Under the pieces are notes generated by a model. The model ran no database searches, was not told where the DNA came from, and saw only the letters and a program-made list of their open reading frames with translations. A DNA stretch of 64,000 nucleotides from the human T2T-CHM13v2.0 reference genome, Homo sapiens, in NCBI RefSeq assembly GCF_009914755.1, contig NC_060925.1; one strand, 5' to 3'. A program made the translations under genes and the position numbers. Below, one piece after another: positions 62,376-64,000 of the stretch; within the stretch, counting starts at the first letter, position 1, and every line of letters starts with the position of its first letter.

Positions 62376-64000
62376 CAGCAGCCAGACCCCTAACCTTGCC
62401 CTTGCAGCCCGTGTGGTGCCCCACCCCGGCCCCTACAGGTCCCTGGACAGGTCCCCACGAGCAGCCCCTGCCCCACCCTCTGCTCCCAGCTCTGTGGGGC
62501 AGGTCCCTGTGACCCTCAGGGCCCCCAGGGGAACCAGTGATAAGGAGGTGCTGACACCTCAGAGGGACCTGCCTGTCCCTAGGGGAGAAAGCCTTGGACC
62601 GAATGGGGTGTGGGGGGAGCCCAGGCTGTACCTTGGCCCCCATGAGCCTTCCACTGCTGTCTGCCAGTGAATCAAACTGGGACTGGGGGTGGAGAGCTGT
62701 CCCTGTCTGCTTTCACTGCTTGGTTTTGTTGACAAAGGAAAATCCCTCAAGAACGCTTTATCACTGGAGTGCTCCGAGGCTGGCGAGCCTCATGGGCGAG
62801 AAGCCAGGCAGCTGGGCTTGGGGACCGGCCTCTCCTGGTGCCTCCCTGCCCCCTCTGCCTTCACCCCTCCCAGGCCTGGCCTCACTGCCACTAACTCCCG
62901 TTGACAGGGGGAAAGAGAGGCCCACAGGGGAGGGCCGTCCCAGGCTTCTCCTGGACCCAGTGCTGACGCCAAGATGCGGTCGTAGGTGACCTGGACCTTG
63001 GGCCGTGTGGGACTCGGGGCAAGGTGGGGGGCTCAGCTGGGCAGTGAGTTAGTTTTGCTTCCCGGTCTGGTGGGTTTCTGCCACCCCAGGCCAGTGGTCA
63101 CTTCTGGGATTTTCTGAGATTCCAAAAGTTGAAGCCACGGACCCTGGAGACCCGGACCCTGGAGGCCCAGCCCCTGCCTCTGGGTAGAGAAGGCCCTGAG
63201 CGACCTCCAGACCTTCTGTCCCTTTTCCGAGGAGCCTCAGGAAGAGGGGGACAGACAATTCCAGGGTGTCCCGGCTGGAAAGAAAAGCATCTTCTCTGCA
63301 CTCCAGGCGGACAGCGTGAGGCTCAGAGATTACGTGGCGGCCGAGGCTGGTGTCCACAGCCAGGGGTTACGATGGGGCTGCAGAGGCCGTGAGCGGAACA
63401 GGGCATTTTAGGGCAGAAAGACCCTTTTGGAGAAGGTAACAGCACTCCAGGCTTCAGTGAGGCAGAAGTCAGAGCCCATGGGGAAACCGCACAGGGGGAT
63501 TACCTAAAGCCCAGAGCCACCCCAAGGGTTGCAAACCCACCCCTCCCCCAGCCATGCCACTGGAGCGAGGCACCCAGCTCCTTGCACCTGGCGTTGGGGA
63601 GACACCACTCTCTGCAGGGGTCAGAGATTCGGAGGCCAAAATTCTCCTTCCCCCAGGCATTTCAATGAAGATTTACAAAGTTTAGCAAAAACCTAGATTC
63701 TAGCCAACTATTACCTTAAAAGCTGAAGAGGGACCACCCCACCATGTCCACAGCTTACTCCCCTCCCTCCGCTGTCTCCGGCCACCTCCAGCTGCTGCCA
63801 ATTCCAGCCCCCAAGGCTGTCCCAGGAAGCTGTGGCCAGAGACTCCGGGACTGTCCTGTGAGCAGAGGGCACCCACTGACCCTGGGGCACCCTTCCAATC
63901 CCCACAGCTGACAAAGCCGGGCCTCAAAAGGCTGGGTTAATCCTGGCTTCTCCTCAAAGCCACCAGTCAGGGTGGGGGTGAGGATGGTGGGGGCAAGGAT

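Overview
Human (or very close primate) genomic DNA covering the 5' part of the TP73 gene (1p36.3) on the + strand. The window holds the CpG-island/TATA/E2F P1 promoter and non-coding exon 1 (~389-514), exon 2 (30181-30278, start ATG 30214) and exon 3 (30908-31028). It also holds the internal P2 promoter with its p53/p73 response element and deltaN exon 3B (~38520-38792), a probable further alternative first exon (~47571-47679), and exon 4 (57076-57318). The gene continues past the window end. The introns contain about 15 Alu copies or fragments, MIR/L2/L1M/MER fossils, MaLR LTRs, a minus-strand ERV1 remnant and many GC-rich minisatellites (24, 34, 35, 36, 45, 73 bp units). I see no new protein-coding gene or prokaryote-type system: the long ORFs in the track are repeat artefacts. 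The best candidates for undescribed biology are regulatory. (1) A perfect 16x24-bp VNTR carries 15 ZEB1/SNAI-type CAGGTG boxes in a gene known to be repressed by ZEB1. (2) A 3-kb 35-bp VNTR has a G-quadruplex motif in its consensus unit and is stop-free on the sense strand. (3) Several intronic p53-family sites may extend TP73 autoregulation. (4) An exon-1 uATG opens an ORF overlapping the main start codon in all three P1 splice forms, and the deltaN leader carries four uATGs. Repeat family names come from recognition of consensus motifs, not from a RepeatMasker run.
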